Below, piece after piece: positions 41,901 through 54,925 of a stretch of 64,000 bases of DNA (the first letter of the stretch is position 1; each line of letters starts with the position of its first letter). A program made the position numbers and the translations under genes. Below the pieces are notes generated by a model. The model did not search any database. It was not told the origin of the DNA and saw only the letters and a list, made by a program, of their open reading frames with translations. The stretch is from assembly GCF_008831285.2 (NCBI RefSeq), contig NC_045138.2, positions 33,666,001-33,730,000 of the forward strand, in the 5' to 3' direction. Origin of the DNA: Nymphaea colorata (lineage: Eukaryota).

Positions 41901-42532
41901 CTTGTTGGTGGTTACCAGGTGAAGTACTTTCTATCACCTGCTCTAATTTGCTTCTAAAGTGGTATTCCTTATTCCTTACTGATGCTCGATCATGAATTAA
42001 GAAAGTAGGTAGTTTTACAGAGAGAGGGACAAGGCAAAAGTTAAGAGGCCATCTGTTTTTGCTGTTTTCTTTTTTAAACTTCGCTTCTTATTTCATCTGT
42101 CAATTGTACAATTTGCAGGTATTCAGTCAACCGGTGTTTGCGTTTTTTGAAGGATTAATAGAAAGAGTTCTTCCCAAAAGCATGACGTTCCTAAAGAAGA
42201 ACTACAGTATGTGCCTCCCGTGTCTGCCGGTTTACCATTTGAATCCAATCAGGCTGGTCTTTAGAACCCTGTATGTGATCTCTACAGTTGCACTTGCTAT
42301 GTACTTTCCCTACTTTAACCAAGTGTTGGGCATCTTAGGTGCCCTTAACTTCTGGCCTCTGGCCATATATTTTCCAATAGAGATGTACATGGGGCAGAAA
42401 AGGGTGAGATCATGGAGTACCAAGTGGGTGGCCTTTGAGGTGTTCAGCATCTTCTGTCTTCTCATTTCATTGTTTGCGCTGATTGGCTCGGTTGAAGGAC
42501 TTGTAAGAGCCAAACTTGGTTGGGCTTCATGA
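38965..42532 (+). CDS. AAP7: Amino acid permease (AAP family, AAP7-like), copy 1; exons 38965-39046, 39578-39811, 40891-40984, 41065-41279, 41445-41578, 41691-41918, 42119-42532 (466 aa)
   Basis: Motifs KRTGTLWTCIAHIVTAVIGAGVLSLPW, GKRNRTYMDAV, LEIQDTL, GYAAFGDDAPGNILTGFGFYEPYWL and GALNFWPLAIYFP. Seven exons, 1401 nt in frame. TATA-like tatttataa at 38912-38920. Confidence 0.9.
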
Positions 42533-44518
42533 TGTGAAATCTTAGTGTAATTATTTCAAATAAATGTTAATAAAGTCATTTTTCAAATAGCCAATGATGC
42601 CATTTGATATAATTTATTGTGTGTTTCAAGGGGCAGGTTCATCAAACACTTTGTGAGTGTTTTGGCTGTCGATAATATTTTAGGGTCAGTTTGACAATGA
42701 GAATGGTTTTTCATTGGTCCATGAATCTACCTCACAAATAAGACAAATTTATGGCATGAATCTCTTCTATATTTAAAGTAGATCTATGGAATCATTTTAT
42801 TGGCACTCTCTCTCTCGTCTCCTGCTCGTTTGCTTTTTGTTCTTGTTCTGTTTTTGCATGTTTTTGTTTTTGTTTTCTTTGCTAATTTTTCTCCTACTTT
42901 TTTTGCCCTTGTAGATTGGTGATGCCTTGTCATCGGGTTTTGTTTTTTTAGTAAATTTCATCGGATCTTTCTCTCTCTTTGGGAACAATCCCCTGGGAGA
43001 ATAGGTGGGGTTCTTTGCAAGAAAAAAAAAATGCTCCAATTGAGAGAGATATACGTATAGAAGACGGATCTGGTCCTTGGAAAACTTCAACAACTGTCTC
43101 ATCAAAATTAAGCACTTGGTTGTCTTTTTTGTTCGAGACAACTTTCTCAGGGTACTTTAAGAATTCAATTCTCAGTGAGTGTAATTCGTCCCCCATATTC
43201 GGTGTTCCATCGTAATGTGGAAAAAATGCGCGCGACTTGGTGCCTGACTTTGGACACGAGATCGACCGGCGTAGCAGAGACTAGAGTCTAGAGAGGGCGT
43301 GACCCAATGAGCAGGCGAAGCGTCAACCACGTCTGAGAATCCTGTTTGTCAACAGTGTGGAAGCGCGTATCAAACACGGACTGGGTCGCCGAGTTGAATA
43401 TTCCGCCTCATGTCTCACTAGGTTTGGGCTTTATCGTGATGGGACTTTACTTGCTTACCGAATCTGGATATTTGGATCCAGAATTGCACTCACATTCTTC
43501 TCATTTCTCATTTCTAATCGTGAGGACCCCAGGTGGGCTTGAGGCATATTCATTTATACAACTTTCATTTTCTTTTAAACCGCGTTTTTTACATTTGTTA
43601 ATATGTCTTCTTTGGTTTTAAAAAGGGTGGTTTTTATATGTTTATGAACGCTGTGGACCACGTTGTATGTCCTTAATCATCTAATGTTTGATTTGTATAG
43701 CCTAGAAGGTTAAATGGTAAGACTGGCTGAGTAGTGAAGGGTCTGTGTCAGTTTCAGTTGGGTTCCTATCAGTGCAGTGCTATTTACTTGAACTCAAATC
43801 ATGGATGGGTGTCTTATGTAAGGATCATTTGGTGGGTCGGTATATGTCAATGAGAAATTTCAAATGTACATGTTCGATTAAATGATTGCGTTTTGGGATA
43901 TCATGTTATTTAATATGATATGAAGTATTTTTATAATGTATAGATACTGTACGCAATTACGGATTCTTTGATGAGTTGAATCTGAAATTTGTTCATAATA
44001 TAAAAGGTAGTGGTACTGCAATCTCACCGTCCAGTTGTTCAGATGAATTTAGGTACGCTTTTATTACAGTAATTTAACATGAGATCATGGTTAAGGGCAT
44101 ATTCCTTTGTTTGTATGTGCATGTGAAAATCTCCCGTTCATCTTAGGCGTCAAACAGCCTTGTCAGGAAAAGGAAAAAGAGGGGACTTTGGCACATCCTC
44201 AATAGACTAGATCCTGGGGTAGGGAGAGGGGGACATCTTCTATAATGCCAATGAAAAGTGCATTTCTGCGGGTGATTCATCTTTCTTTTTCGTGATTGAT
44301 ACATGCTCTTGTAAGATGACATCCTCGAAGACTTTTGCGAAATTTTTGGAAGAGAAAGGGATATTGGGCAGCGGTAGACTTTATCCTGTCAAATCTTCGT
44401 GGACTCGACCGCCTATATATCTGAAAGCTTCCTCGTTTATGTGCATGGAGGTTGCACGAGTTTCATATCTAATATAATCGCTTTTTTTGTGTTTTCTGGT
44501 TAAGATACAAAAAACTAA

Positions 44519-44745
44519 TATTTACCATGTTCAATTCTTTCTGTGCATCAAACATGATTAAATTTATCATGTTAAATTCTTCCTGTGCATCAAACAGGGT
44601 TAAATTTACCACGGTAAATTCTTCCTGCCCATCAAACAGGGCCTTAGATTGGAAGAAAGAGAAATTTCATCCTATAAATTTTTCCAAAAAAATTTACCAT
44701 GGTAAATTTACTGCGTTAAATTTCACCTACCCATCAAACGGACCC
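44519..44745. mobile_element. Tourist/PIF-like MITE end fragments with ~42-bp tandem repeats just upstream of AAP copy 2
   Basis: Three aaatttaccatg...catcaaaca units and two right-end motifs (catcaaacagggcc|tta at 44643, catcaaacggaccc|tta at 44745), each followed by TTA. Confidence 0.55.
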
Positions 44746-44761
44746 TTAGGGAGTGCAAAAG

Positions 44762-47700
44762 ATGGAGAGTGCAACGAGAAAGGTTGATTCAGAAGTCGCG
44801 GCGGGGATTCTTTCAGAGGATGATGAACACTCCAAAAGAACAGGTAACCATTCTAGGTTTCACCATTAAATATATCTCCTTTGCCTGTCATTGCTATCAT
44901 AATGTTGAGTATGGCGAGGAATGATGGCTTAAGCCTTGTTTGCTGGCTAAGAGTGCTTCATTTATGGTTACAAATTGCAGAAAACCATCTCCAACCTCCA
45001 TAAAATGATGAAAACTCTTCTATGTTCTCTATGATTTTTTTCAAAGGATTCATGTAGACCAGAGGCCCACATGCCAATATGCCATGGTGCGGCTTTACAC
45101 GGAGTTCCATGCTTTCTGTGTTCGCCCTTAGTTTTGTTCCAAGTGGCATATAAATTACCACTATTTAAACTTTAAAGTAAGGAACTAAAGTTTTATTCGG
45201 AGTTGTACATAGGAGTAGCTTGGATTTCAAACTGAAGTGGATTTATCATTCATCGCCTCTGAGCTGTAATACTCCTGGAGCTGTTACTAACCATGGCAAT
45301 CTGTCTAAGCAGGGAATCTGTGGTCATGTACCTCACACATAGTAACTGCAGTAATTGGTGCCGGGGTGCTCTCACTGCCATGGAGCGTAGCCCAGCTTGG
45401 TTGGATCGGTGGACCTTTGACGATGGTTGTCTTCGCCTTCATCACTTATGTCTCTGCTCATCTGCTTTCAGATTGTTACAGATCACCCGACTCTGTTACC
45501 GGCAAGAGAAATCGGACCTACATGGATGCAGTGCGTGTAAACTTAGGTAACTTTTCATCAAATCTTTTCAAGCTTGTATTTCAGGTGAATTTGAATAGGA
45601 TGAGTAATTTCATCCACAGTTAAATTTTGAGTAGCCTCTTTATGTGAAAAAACAAGGTAATCATAAAATTGTGCATGACACTGTGAGCAACGGTCTTAAT
45701 GGTAATTTAATGGTCTGCCGAGAGTTTTTCTTATTTGTACTGTATGTGTCAGCGAAGGAATTACGAGAAACATTCCCACGTGGCTTTTTTAAGAGGGAAA
45801 ATTTGTTTCCATGTAGTGGCATTTGGACCAGTAAGAAGGTTATAGAACAGAAGTTTTTATGAGAAATATTAATTAAATCTCATATTTAAGATTACACTTC
45901 TCCAAGTTATTGGTCGAGCACATCATCATCCTCATGTCACGCGTGTGGACGGATATGTGAAGACTATAAGCACCAGTCACGAGTAGTCCAATTGACTGAT
46001 AAGTCACAACTCCTGTATATGCAAAGCACTTTTTAAAGGTAATCTGGTACCTGTCCTGTACATTTTTGGGAATATTGTTTTACACATAGTAACTTATTGG
46101 CCGCCTAATTATGTTGACAAACGGGTGGAAGTTCCTACGAAACCATCTTCTTGACTGCTTACTTGAGTCTAGTACACATCCATAACCTGCTGCTAACCCC
46201 TCCCAGATTTTCTCTGAAGTCATTATTTTCATTTCCTATTTAAGGCTCATCATGGAGAAAGCCTTCATTCACATTTTCGTTCGCCAATGGTGTTTAATTT
46301 CAGGAAAAAATCAGATATGGGCGTGTGGGCTACTGCAATATCTGTATATGTATGGAATTGCTGTGGCCTATGTCCTTACTTCTGCAGTGAGCATGAGGTC
46401 TCTCTCTCTCTCTCTCTCTCACATATATAATATTAAGCCAAGACAACAGTAACAGTATTGTGTAAATTATGCAGGGCGATAAGGAAATCAAATTGTTATC
46501 ACTTGAATGGGCATAATGCTGATTGCCAGTTTTCGAACTCTTTATACATGATCATATTTGGGGTGATTCAGATATTTTTCTCCCTCATCCCAGATTTCAA
46601 CAATATGAGTTGGCTTTCTACCGTCGCTGCAATCATGTCTGGCTTCTATTCTACTATAGGATTAGGCCTTGGAATTGCTAGAGTAATTGGTGAGTTTCAC
46701 ATTCCTTCACGTGTGATGTTTGTGTGTGTCAGCATATTTGCAGACGTGTGTTTCACGTCGTTTGAGCTTATGCCTGGATGCATGCATGTGTATGTGTGTG
46801 TGCCTGCATGGTCCTTCCTTCTGCTGAAAGTTCAAAAGTGATGTATTTCAGATAACAAAAGCGTCTATGGGGATATTAGTGGAGTTAAAACAGCCACCGC
46901 AACGCAGAAAGTATGGAAGGTCTCTCAAGCCCTTGGAGACATAGCTTTCTCATATCCTTATTCCTTTGTCCTTCTAGAGATACAGGTGACGTGCTTCAGA
47001 CTAACTTCGTACACAGTAAAGGTGTCATTTTGCTTTCACTGTGAGTGGGAGACTACAGTTTTTGGACTAATTTGTCACTGTTGGCTGAATGTAGGATACA
47101 TTGAAGTCCAAGCCTCCAGAGAACTTAATAATGAAAAGAGCATCTGCTGTCTCTATTTCCATAGCAACACTGTTCTATCTTTCTTGTGGGTGCTTCGGTT
47201 ATGCGGCATTTGGGGATAATGCACCAGGAAACATTCTCACTGGATTTGGATTCTTTGAGCCTTACTGGCTTATTGACTTTGCAAATGCATGCATCATATA
47301 GCACCTTGTTGGTGGTTACCAGGTAAATAACATCGTTGGTATTCTACACTAATAAGCACATCTTCAAGATATGTAAACTGGTAATTATGCAATGACTAGC
47401 GGATTGCCTATCTAATTCTCTGGCATCAAGTGGTCTTCGCTTTTTCATCTTTTCCTTTTACGACTTTGTGAAGAAAATATAACCCACGTATTTCTATCAG
47501 TCAGATTCTTACCAAGAGACATTGGTGATTAAATTAACAAAATATCTTGCCTGCGGTTTTTCTGATTGGCGCTTTCTATTGATACCAGGATCATGCATGA
47601 TTTTACCTTTAGAAAGATGAAGCTTCATTGCTAGTTAACAGGAATTCCACTCACCTAGAGGTTTGACGTGAGACCTTTAAGTTGGAAACGTTCAAAGAGT

Positions 47701-48337
47701 TCAACGCTCTTGCTGCATCTCTATTAATATAATCTGGCAATGATCCTTCTAAGCCCCGAGAGAGACAGAGCCTGAAGGGAAGCACGTTTACTATCAGTCT
47801 TAAAACTGGTTAATTTTTAATTTATGAAAGAAACCAGCCGACAGGCGTGCATTCTTTTCCCTGTTTTTAGATTACCATCAGTGTTAATTTCATAAGATGA
47901 CTTTTTTCTCTTTTTTTTTGCAGGTATACAGTCAGCCAGTGTTTGCATTTGCTGAAAAAGTAATAGAAAGGATGCTCCCCAAAAGCATGACGTTTCTGAA
48001 GAAGGATTTCTGTATTGGCGTACCACGCTTGCCAGTTTACCATGTCACACTACTCAGGCTATGCTTTAGAACCCTGTATGTGGTCTCCACAGTTGCACTG
48101 GCCATGTACTTCCCTTTCTTCAACCAAGTGTTGGGCATCTTGGGTGCCCTCAACTTCTGGCCTTTGGCCATATATTTCCCAATAGAGATGTACATGGTGC
48201 AGAAAAGAGTGAAATCATGGAGTACCCAGTGGGTAGTCTTTGAGGTCTTCAGCACCTTGTGTCTTCTCATCTCATTGTTTGCTCTGATAGGCTCAGTTGA
48301 AGGACTTGTAAGGGCAAAACTTCATCAAGGCTCATGA
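44762..48337 (+). pseudogene. AAP7: Amino acid permease (AAP7-like) copy 2 with premature TAG at 47299-47301; exons 44762-44843, 45313-45546, 46304-46397, 46475-46689, 46852-46985, 47095-47322, 47924-48337
   Basis: Exon lengths identical to copy 1 (82/234/94/215/134/228/414) and splice sites intact. Reads ANACII*HLVGGYQ where copy 1 has GNACIVLHLVGGYQ. Confidence 0.8.
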
Positions 48338-50785
48338 TGCGAAGCTCTTCCATAAATATATTTCTGGCCCTGCTAGTGGGAGTACTGTTCTAGTCAATGG
48401 TGTCATATGATATCTTGTAATGGGTCGATGTCAATGATTTGGATACTATCTTCTGAATCCGTGCATAAGGGTTTTGGTGATATAGCCTCTATCCAACCAG
48501 TGATCAAATTCAAATTCGACATGGAATACAGATTCCACTAAATACCTGAATGTGACTATATATGAAAATTTTGAACTTGGTGTCTTGCATCTTCAAGATA
48601 TGTAACTCAGAGTCCCACTAGGAAATCTGCCAATAATTACATCTGCTCTGAATCTTATTTATTGACATCACTAGGGGCTGGAATCAACTGATCACAAGCT
48701 CTAAAGCTGACTGCATTCTTCACTACAGAGGCATATTTAAACATGAGGTGCCTGACCAAAAGCATGTGGTGTCCTTATCAAGCCATATTCAGAATCTTCA
48801 GATTAAGCACCAATCATGCATATGCCTTACTAAAACATTTATATATTGAAAGTAATATCTGTTAGGGATCTTCATGCAACCTTATGTATCCATATATGCA
48901 TTCATGAACACAGAATCTACATGCAACCTTATACATCCATACATCCGGCTGCACTCACCCCCTTTCCGATTTGCCAAAAACATAGTGGAAAAACACAAAT
49001 ACATAAGTAAATAAAGAACACAAGAAAGCACCATCCAGAAGAACTTAAGAAAAGAAGGAAAATAGTATCATATAGAAAAAGAAAGGTAAGAGAATTCCAA
49101 ATGGCCTCAAAATTTACTTCAATATCATCAAGGTTGCGAAATAGGACGTAAGATTCATAGAACGACTTTATGGACTCACTTGGGGAAAAGGAGAAGGGAT
49201 CACATCCAAGTTGCAATGAAAATAAATTTATATCAGAGTACCTTATCGGAGTTGTACCAGGCTCTCGACCAAACCACATATCAGGTTGCCCTTGACCACG
49301 TTCTTCCCCTATCTGTAATCTACAGCCAAGCACATAATTGGTCTCAGACAATGAGAGTGAAAAGCCAATTGTTTTTCAAATAACCAATCATATCAAACAA
49401 GCCTGAATAAAGAATTTGAGGTATAATCATATTTATCATATGATAAATCTATTGAACAATTTCTTCTACTAACACCTTCGTATGCATTCGATCTCATTTA
49501 CGAAATGATTTAAATTATTAATCTTTCCAAAAAAAATCTTGTTGCATCATGCCCTCCATTTGAAACCTCTTAATAAGAGAGAGAGAGAGAGAGAGAGAGC
49601 AGAACAACCCAGAGTTGCTATTTCGTTCATTTATTCTCCCGACCTGGCTTTATTACAGTTCAATCTAGAAATTAAACCGCAAATAATAATGTCCACAGGT
49701 CAATGAGTTTACAATCTCCTAAGTGACTAATTTCATAGATAAGCTGTTAAAAGGATAGGAAAATCTTAGTCAGGGACTCAGGAGCAACATAATAATGAGC
49801 TCGACATATTGTTCCACCTAGATCATGCCCAACGAGAAGATAAATCACATGCTAGAAGGAGACCAATAAAAGGACATAGCAGGCTCTTACTCAAACAAGC
49901 CACTTCCTGGATCCCAATAATTACTTCTTATAATATTCGTTCATTGGGGAAAGGATCACTTCACAGACCTCGTCTCCAGTTCAAGCTGAAACAATAAGCA
50001 TGATGTAGGAAACACGAGAAAAAAAAGAAAAAACTCGCCTCTTTTCCACGGACTTGGAAATCAGAGCGAGAATTCCGAAAGATTAAAGCCCGATAATTAG
50101 ATTTCACCGTGGTTATCGTTGCTAAGCCTAGCAAGCAAAAAGGCATACCTTCACTTTCGAGATGATCTTCACCGAGACGACTTGGCCCTTGAACTCGCCC
50201 TCGCCAGCCCTAGCAGACATCACCTTCGGCGGCAATGTTCCTCCCATAACAGTCTCATTCGATGCCAACGATCTGACGCACATAATATGATCGGTCTCCA
50301 CTCAACACAAGCGGAGATCAAGAATCGAGGAATGAGTCTGGAAGCGAGCAATCGGCATCAAGGCTACTACTGATTCGGATGTGGAGTCATTGACGAATTC
50401 TGGATGTGATAACGTACAGTTATCAAATTTTGGACTTGTAGATATCAATTTGATGAAAGCAGATGGTAGATACGGAAAAGTAAATTTTATCAATTAATAT
50501 TTCATGAATCTGCATAAAATCGTCTATTTGTAAGGACCAAGAGTAATGGGTAACTTACAAAGGGACACTCCTAGTCCTATATATTCATATTTGAAATATT
50601 TGCAACTGAAAATTTATGTTCAAATACTTCCCCACTATCTTCTCGATCTAAGCCAAGAAAATCTTAGAAAGGTTTTCTTGCATCGACGTCCTCCATTGCA
50701 ACAACAAAAGCTAAAGATAGATTAGCAACCACTGACCGCGGGTAACCAGAAAACCTTCACTTACGAACAGGGGGCTACCACAACA

Positions 50786-53372
50786 TGTCACGACTTAATT
50801 TTTGACACCAAAAATTTTCTTTCATTTATATAATAGCGGAAGCAATATTGAGTCATGACCAGAACATAAGACATTGTTTTATTTCAATAATAAAATACTT
50901 GGACCCAAACAAAAATAACCACAAATCCCCAAAACCGATGCATGTCCAGAATGCCAATGACCGTCCATCACAAGACTGAGGTCGTCGCTCCAAAGCCAAA
51001 ATCTATCAATGACTACCTGTAGATAGAAAGAAGGGTCAGAATTCCTCTGAGTATGAGAAAATCCAGCCATGAATGAAACATGGCCCAAAATAATGTTTAG
51101 TTTCGTAAAACAATTCCAAAAAGACCTTATGAACTACAACCATAGGTTTTCTGAAACTTAATACATATCACATCACCAAAGACAGAACGAGGTGTGCACA
51201 ACCTCCAAAATTTCGTAGGCTTCCAACCGTGGTCCTCTGACAATGTCAAGGTCATCGTGCCGAGCAACAGAAATCCCCGTGGGCACTCACGGGCAGAACA
51301 TAACATCTCTTCACCAGGCGATCCAACGGATCGAGGGTACCTGAAGTGAAGCCTCCTGAGATATCCCAGATCGCCGCTGCAGCAGCATGGCCCCTCTAGG
51401 AACCCGGTTTGAGGGACCAGGAGATGTCTCTCTCCCAAAACAGCAGCAGTACCCCGGGCCCTTGTGCCGCCCAATACCCTGTGGGCCCTCCAGTACAGCC
51501 AGAGGAGCGTGCGTCAACAGTGAGCTCAGACGCACCACTACCTCCCGGGACGAAACCGATCACTGGGCAAAACAGAAAGCTCGCACTTGCATAAACCATT
51601 GCACAAAGTCCACGTTTCGCCTTCGAATTTCAAAAGTGAGGGTTTACCAATGCTAGACATCGTCTAGTACCTCTCACAGAAACCGCCCGCCCTCAGGCTC
51701 GGTTTCCCAAACAGAATAATTCAGCTATTTTAAATCTTAATTTAATAGCAATAGAGAAAAACTCATTGCATCTAGAAACATCGATTAACAATATCATAAT
51801 CTTTTTTTGAAACAATAAAATTTATATTTAAATTCTCCAAAGCATGGCTTTCCTCCTCTAATGGTTCCAAAGTTACTTTCAGAACTATATTTCTGAAATT
51901 TTAAACACCACAACGAGCATCAAAAAGTAATAAAACATATCATTTCGTTTTTAATTTGTAACAACCCTCTTTTGGAAATTTCAAGAATCCGGAGGGTACC
52001 AAATCGCAACTTCATATTAAAATCTGGTTCTTATTGAAAATCACTTTCGCAAGCCTCTTTTTGAAGAGGTTTTTTAGCAAAAATGATGCGGCATGAACAT
52101 TTACAAATTTTAACAGCTTATCCATAAATTATTGCTAATTAGTGGACCCGTTTTGAAATTTTTCCAACTTAATATAAAAACTGCCGACTCTCTTTTTTTT
52201 CTCTCATTTCACGCCTCGTTTTCTCTCTCATACGAGCTGCTCCTCCGTCTTCTTCTCGCTCGACCAGCGGTGGGGATTCCACCGTTTCCAGCGACCCAAC
52301 ACCGGCACGAGGGAGATCTCCCCGTCTCGCGCCAGATCCAGCGTTAGGCTTCCTGCTGCGGCTCCGTCGACCGTCCGACGCTCTCATTCGCCGCCGCCTC
52401 ATCCTCTCCTCTCGTTCTTCCAGCGGATCCACAGTGTGAAAACCAGCCTCCCCAAAAACCGGTGCTTCAATGGCGTCTTCCTCAGTCTTCACCTTCGCTG
52501 CGACGGGGATGAACTGACAATCATAGAGAAACGACGGGAGGACGCCTGCAACTTCAATGTCGTCGTCCTTGTTTTCCCCAACTTGCCTCTGCTACCACCA
52601 TGAAGAGGCAACCCCCTTTTTTTGTTCTTTTCAGTCGGTCGAGTGCTCTTCAATAAAACCTACTGTATTTCCCTCAATATGAGATGTTGATTCTACACTT
52701 GCACGACAAGCAGGGCAGGCCTTGCCCTCTGTCGATGTCGTTCAGGGCTGCCCTCTCCTTTTTATTTTGCAATTGTGTTATTACGTTTTATCCCTGTATA
52801 ACTATGTTTATCTCTCCGTTTTTCTTCTGTAGTTGGTTTGAGAGACATGCTCTGTTTTTGGGTTGATTGTAGTTCTGGTTTCTCACGGATGAAAGCACAT
52901 AGAGGTTTCAAAGTTCAACCGATACCAACATGCCTTACACCTAGCATGCTTTGTTTCTTGAAAATCACAAGGAACTACAGGCATAAGCATACATAGACGT
53001 ACATGTATATGTATCTACAAAATCAAAAGAAAGTACATGGCTTCATGCTATTCATCACTGAATATTCTCATACCTCTGAAAATCTTGGCAGCAACTTCTG
53101 CTTCTGGTTCCTTTCCAGCAGCCACGAACTTCAGTCTCAATCTCTCTCAATCTCTCTGTTGTTGGACGTGCCCTTCTAATGCTAAGTAAAACGATGATTT
53201 CCCCTTTGCATTTACATCATTATCCTTATCTTTTCCCAAAAACATCTCATTTATGATAAACTTGACAGTTGAGATGTTCATTATAAATCATTTGATCTTC
53301 CATTTGATAATTCATCCTCAAATTAACGTTCCAAATGTTTAAGGAAACTTAATAAAAATCGTGGGTCTTACA
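50786..53372 (-). repeat. LTR 1 (3' LTR in element orientation, 2587 bp)
   Basis: tgtcacgac...gggtcttaca; adjacent to the PPT. Confidence 0.95.
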
Positions 53373-53383
53373 TCCTTCCCCCT
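53373..53383 (-). other. Polypurine tract (AGGGGGAAGGA); second copy at 57530-57541
   Basis: Purine run abutting the LTR on the - strand, preceded by the hairpin AAATTTCG-AGGA-CGAAATTT (53390-53409) seen near chromovirus PPTs. Confidence 0.9.
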
Positions 53384-53418
53384 AAAAAGAAATTTCGTCC
53401 TCGAAATTTGAGCATACT

Positions 53419-53620
53419 TTATTGAAACAATTGGGGATAACTCTTTCTCATGTCCTCTTCTAACTCCCACATACATTTTTTTGATTCTATGATGTTGTCA
53501 TTCTATTTGAACTAATGAGATAGTCTTATTTCGCAACACGTGTTCCTTTCGATCTATTATCCGCAGTGGTTGTTCTTTTGTTATGTCTTCTTGCAAATCA
53601 ACTTCTTCGTAATCTATCAC
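53419..53620 (-). pseudogene. Integrase C-terminal chromodomain remnant; second copy at 57577-57778
   Basis: Manual translation VIDYEEVDLQEDITKEQPLRIIDRKEHVLRNKTISLVQIE*QHH..(frameshift)..MWELEEDMRKSYPQLFQ* matches the Tekay-type chromodomain pattern. Confidence 0.85.
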
Positions 53621-54734
53621 CTTCATTCACATCAGTGGATCTCAAATCTTCAACCGTGGTTGCGTAAACTCTCCCAGGTACCTTCTTCTCCGCTGGTTGG
53701 TTGGCTACACCTCGCCCCTGTTCTGCCTCTTTCTTCTTCGGGCACTCACGAATAAAATGTCCTCGCCTTCCACAATAGAGACATGCCCCGACCTCTCTGT
53801 AACATGGTTTGCCCGGGTGTTGGCGATGACATGTGGGACATTCATCGTCCTGCCTGGATGTTGATGGCCTCTGTCTCTTGAATCTATCCCCTTGGTTCAC
53901 CATGTCGCTGCGCATGTCTGGCCTCGACTTGGATCGCATAAATTCACTCCTCTTGTTTGTCCCTTGCATCCTGTTCCAGCCCTCCTCAAGACGTGTGGCC
54001 ATGTCGATAGCGTCGTCTAGATCTCTCGAACGACTACTAATTACTTGGTTCTGCAACCCGTCTTTAAGTCCTCTGACGAACTTATTTGCTCGGTCCGCAT
54101 CAGCAGTATACACATGGGGGCAATATTTTTCCAAATGTCTGAATTTGACGATGTATTCGTGCAGACTCAGACTCCCTTGTTGAAGGTCCAGGAATTCTTG
54201 CATGCGTTTCTCCCGTGTGAAGGTTGGAATGTAGGCATGTGTGAAGGCTTCCTTGAATTCTCCCCAGGTCGCTTCGTGATTTGCGAACTTCACCTCACGT
54301 TGCGTCCGCCACCATTCCTTAGCATCTCCTTTTAGCATAAAGGTTCCATACCGAACCTTCTTGTTGTCAGGCACTTCCAGGGTGGTAAAGATCTCCTCTG
54401 TTTCATTTATCCATTCTTCGGCATCGTCCGCAGTGCCTTTCCCATAAAACTTCGGAGGATGCAAACTCATAAACTGTTGGTGAGTTACTCCCCTTGCCTC
54501 ACCATTTGTCGTTCTGTTTGTGTTTGTACTAGTTCCTCCTGTAGAAGCATTCTGCACCAGACCCTGCATCACTCCCGTCATCATATGCAATGTGTTCATG
54601 ATGAACGCTTGTTGTTGTTGATTATTTCCAACACGTGTCCCAGCTCTGGTAGAACGAGTCTCCACATTTTGACTCCTAGTGCTGCGAGGTCCTCTGCCTC
54701 TGCCTCTAGCACTTCCTCCTCTAGTACGTGCCAT
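53598..54734 (-). CDS. gag: Retrotransposon Gag (capsid plus zinc knuckles), intact, 378 aa from MARTRGG
   Basis: FMSLHPPKFYG, AEEWI, FMLKGDAKEWW, TWGEFKEAF, FLDLQQGSLSLHEY, KFVRGLK, and CPTCHRQHPGKPC...CLYCGRRGHFIREC. Confidence 0.93.
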   Translation of the reverse strand: MARTRGGSARGRGRGPRSTRSQNVETRSTRAGTRVGNNQQQQAFIMNTLHMMTGVMQGLVQNASTGGTSTNTNRTTNGEARGVTHQQFMSLHPPKFYGKGTADDAEEWINETEEIFTTLEVPDNKKVRYGTFMLKGDAKEWWRTQREVKFANHEATWGEFKEAFTHAYIPTFTREKRMQEFLDLQQGSLSLHEYIVKFRHLEKYCPHVYTADADRANKFVRGLKDGLQNQVISSRSRDLDDAIDMATRLEEGWNRMQGTNKRSEFMRSKSRPDMRSDMVNQGDRFKRQRPSTSRQDDECPTCHRQHPGKPCYREVGACLYCGRRGHFIRECPKKKEAEQGRGVANQPAEKKVPGRVYATTVEDLRSTDVNEGDRLRRS

Positions 54735-54925
54735 TGAACTACACCACACGGAGGAACACAAAATATAACTATTGTATTCGTAAGTAAAACAATTCGTTAA
54801 AGCTACTCTAAAATTTTAAAACTCAATATTCACACTAAATCAAAAACACATTCGTTAACAGGCTTGGATGACCTTTCCTCTGCTTGTGATCGACCTTGGC
54901 ATTGGACATTGACTCTAGACACTGT

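Noticed and set aside
18160..48337. GH3 (conjugates amino acids to auxin) near amino acid permeases as a functional cluster
   Set aside because: They are 18 kb apart with an unrelated gene between them and no evidence of co-regulation; proximity alone is insufficient.
50879..52866. Short ORFs repeated three times (e.g. 51127-51474, 51387-51656, 52169-52492)
   Set aside because: They lie inside the LTRs and recur only because the LTRs are near-identical; no recognisable domains.
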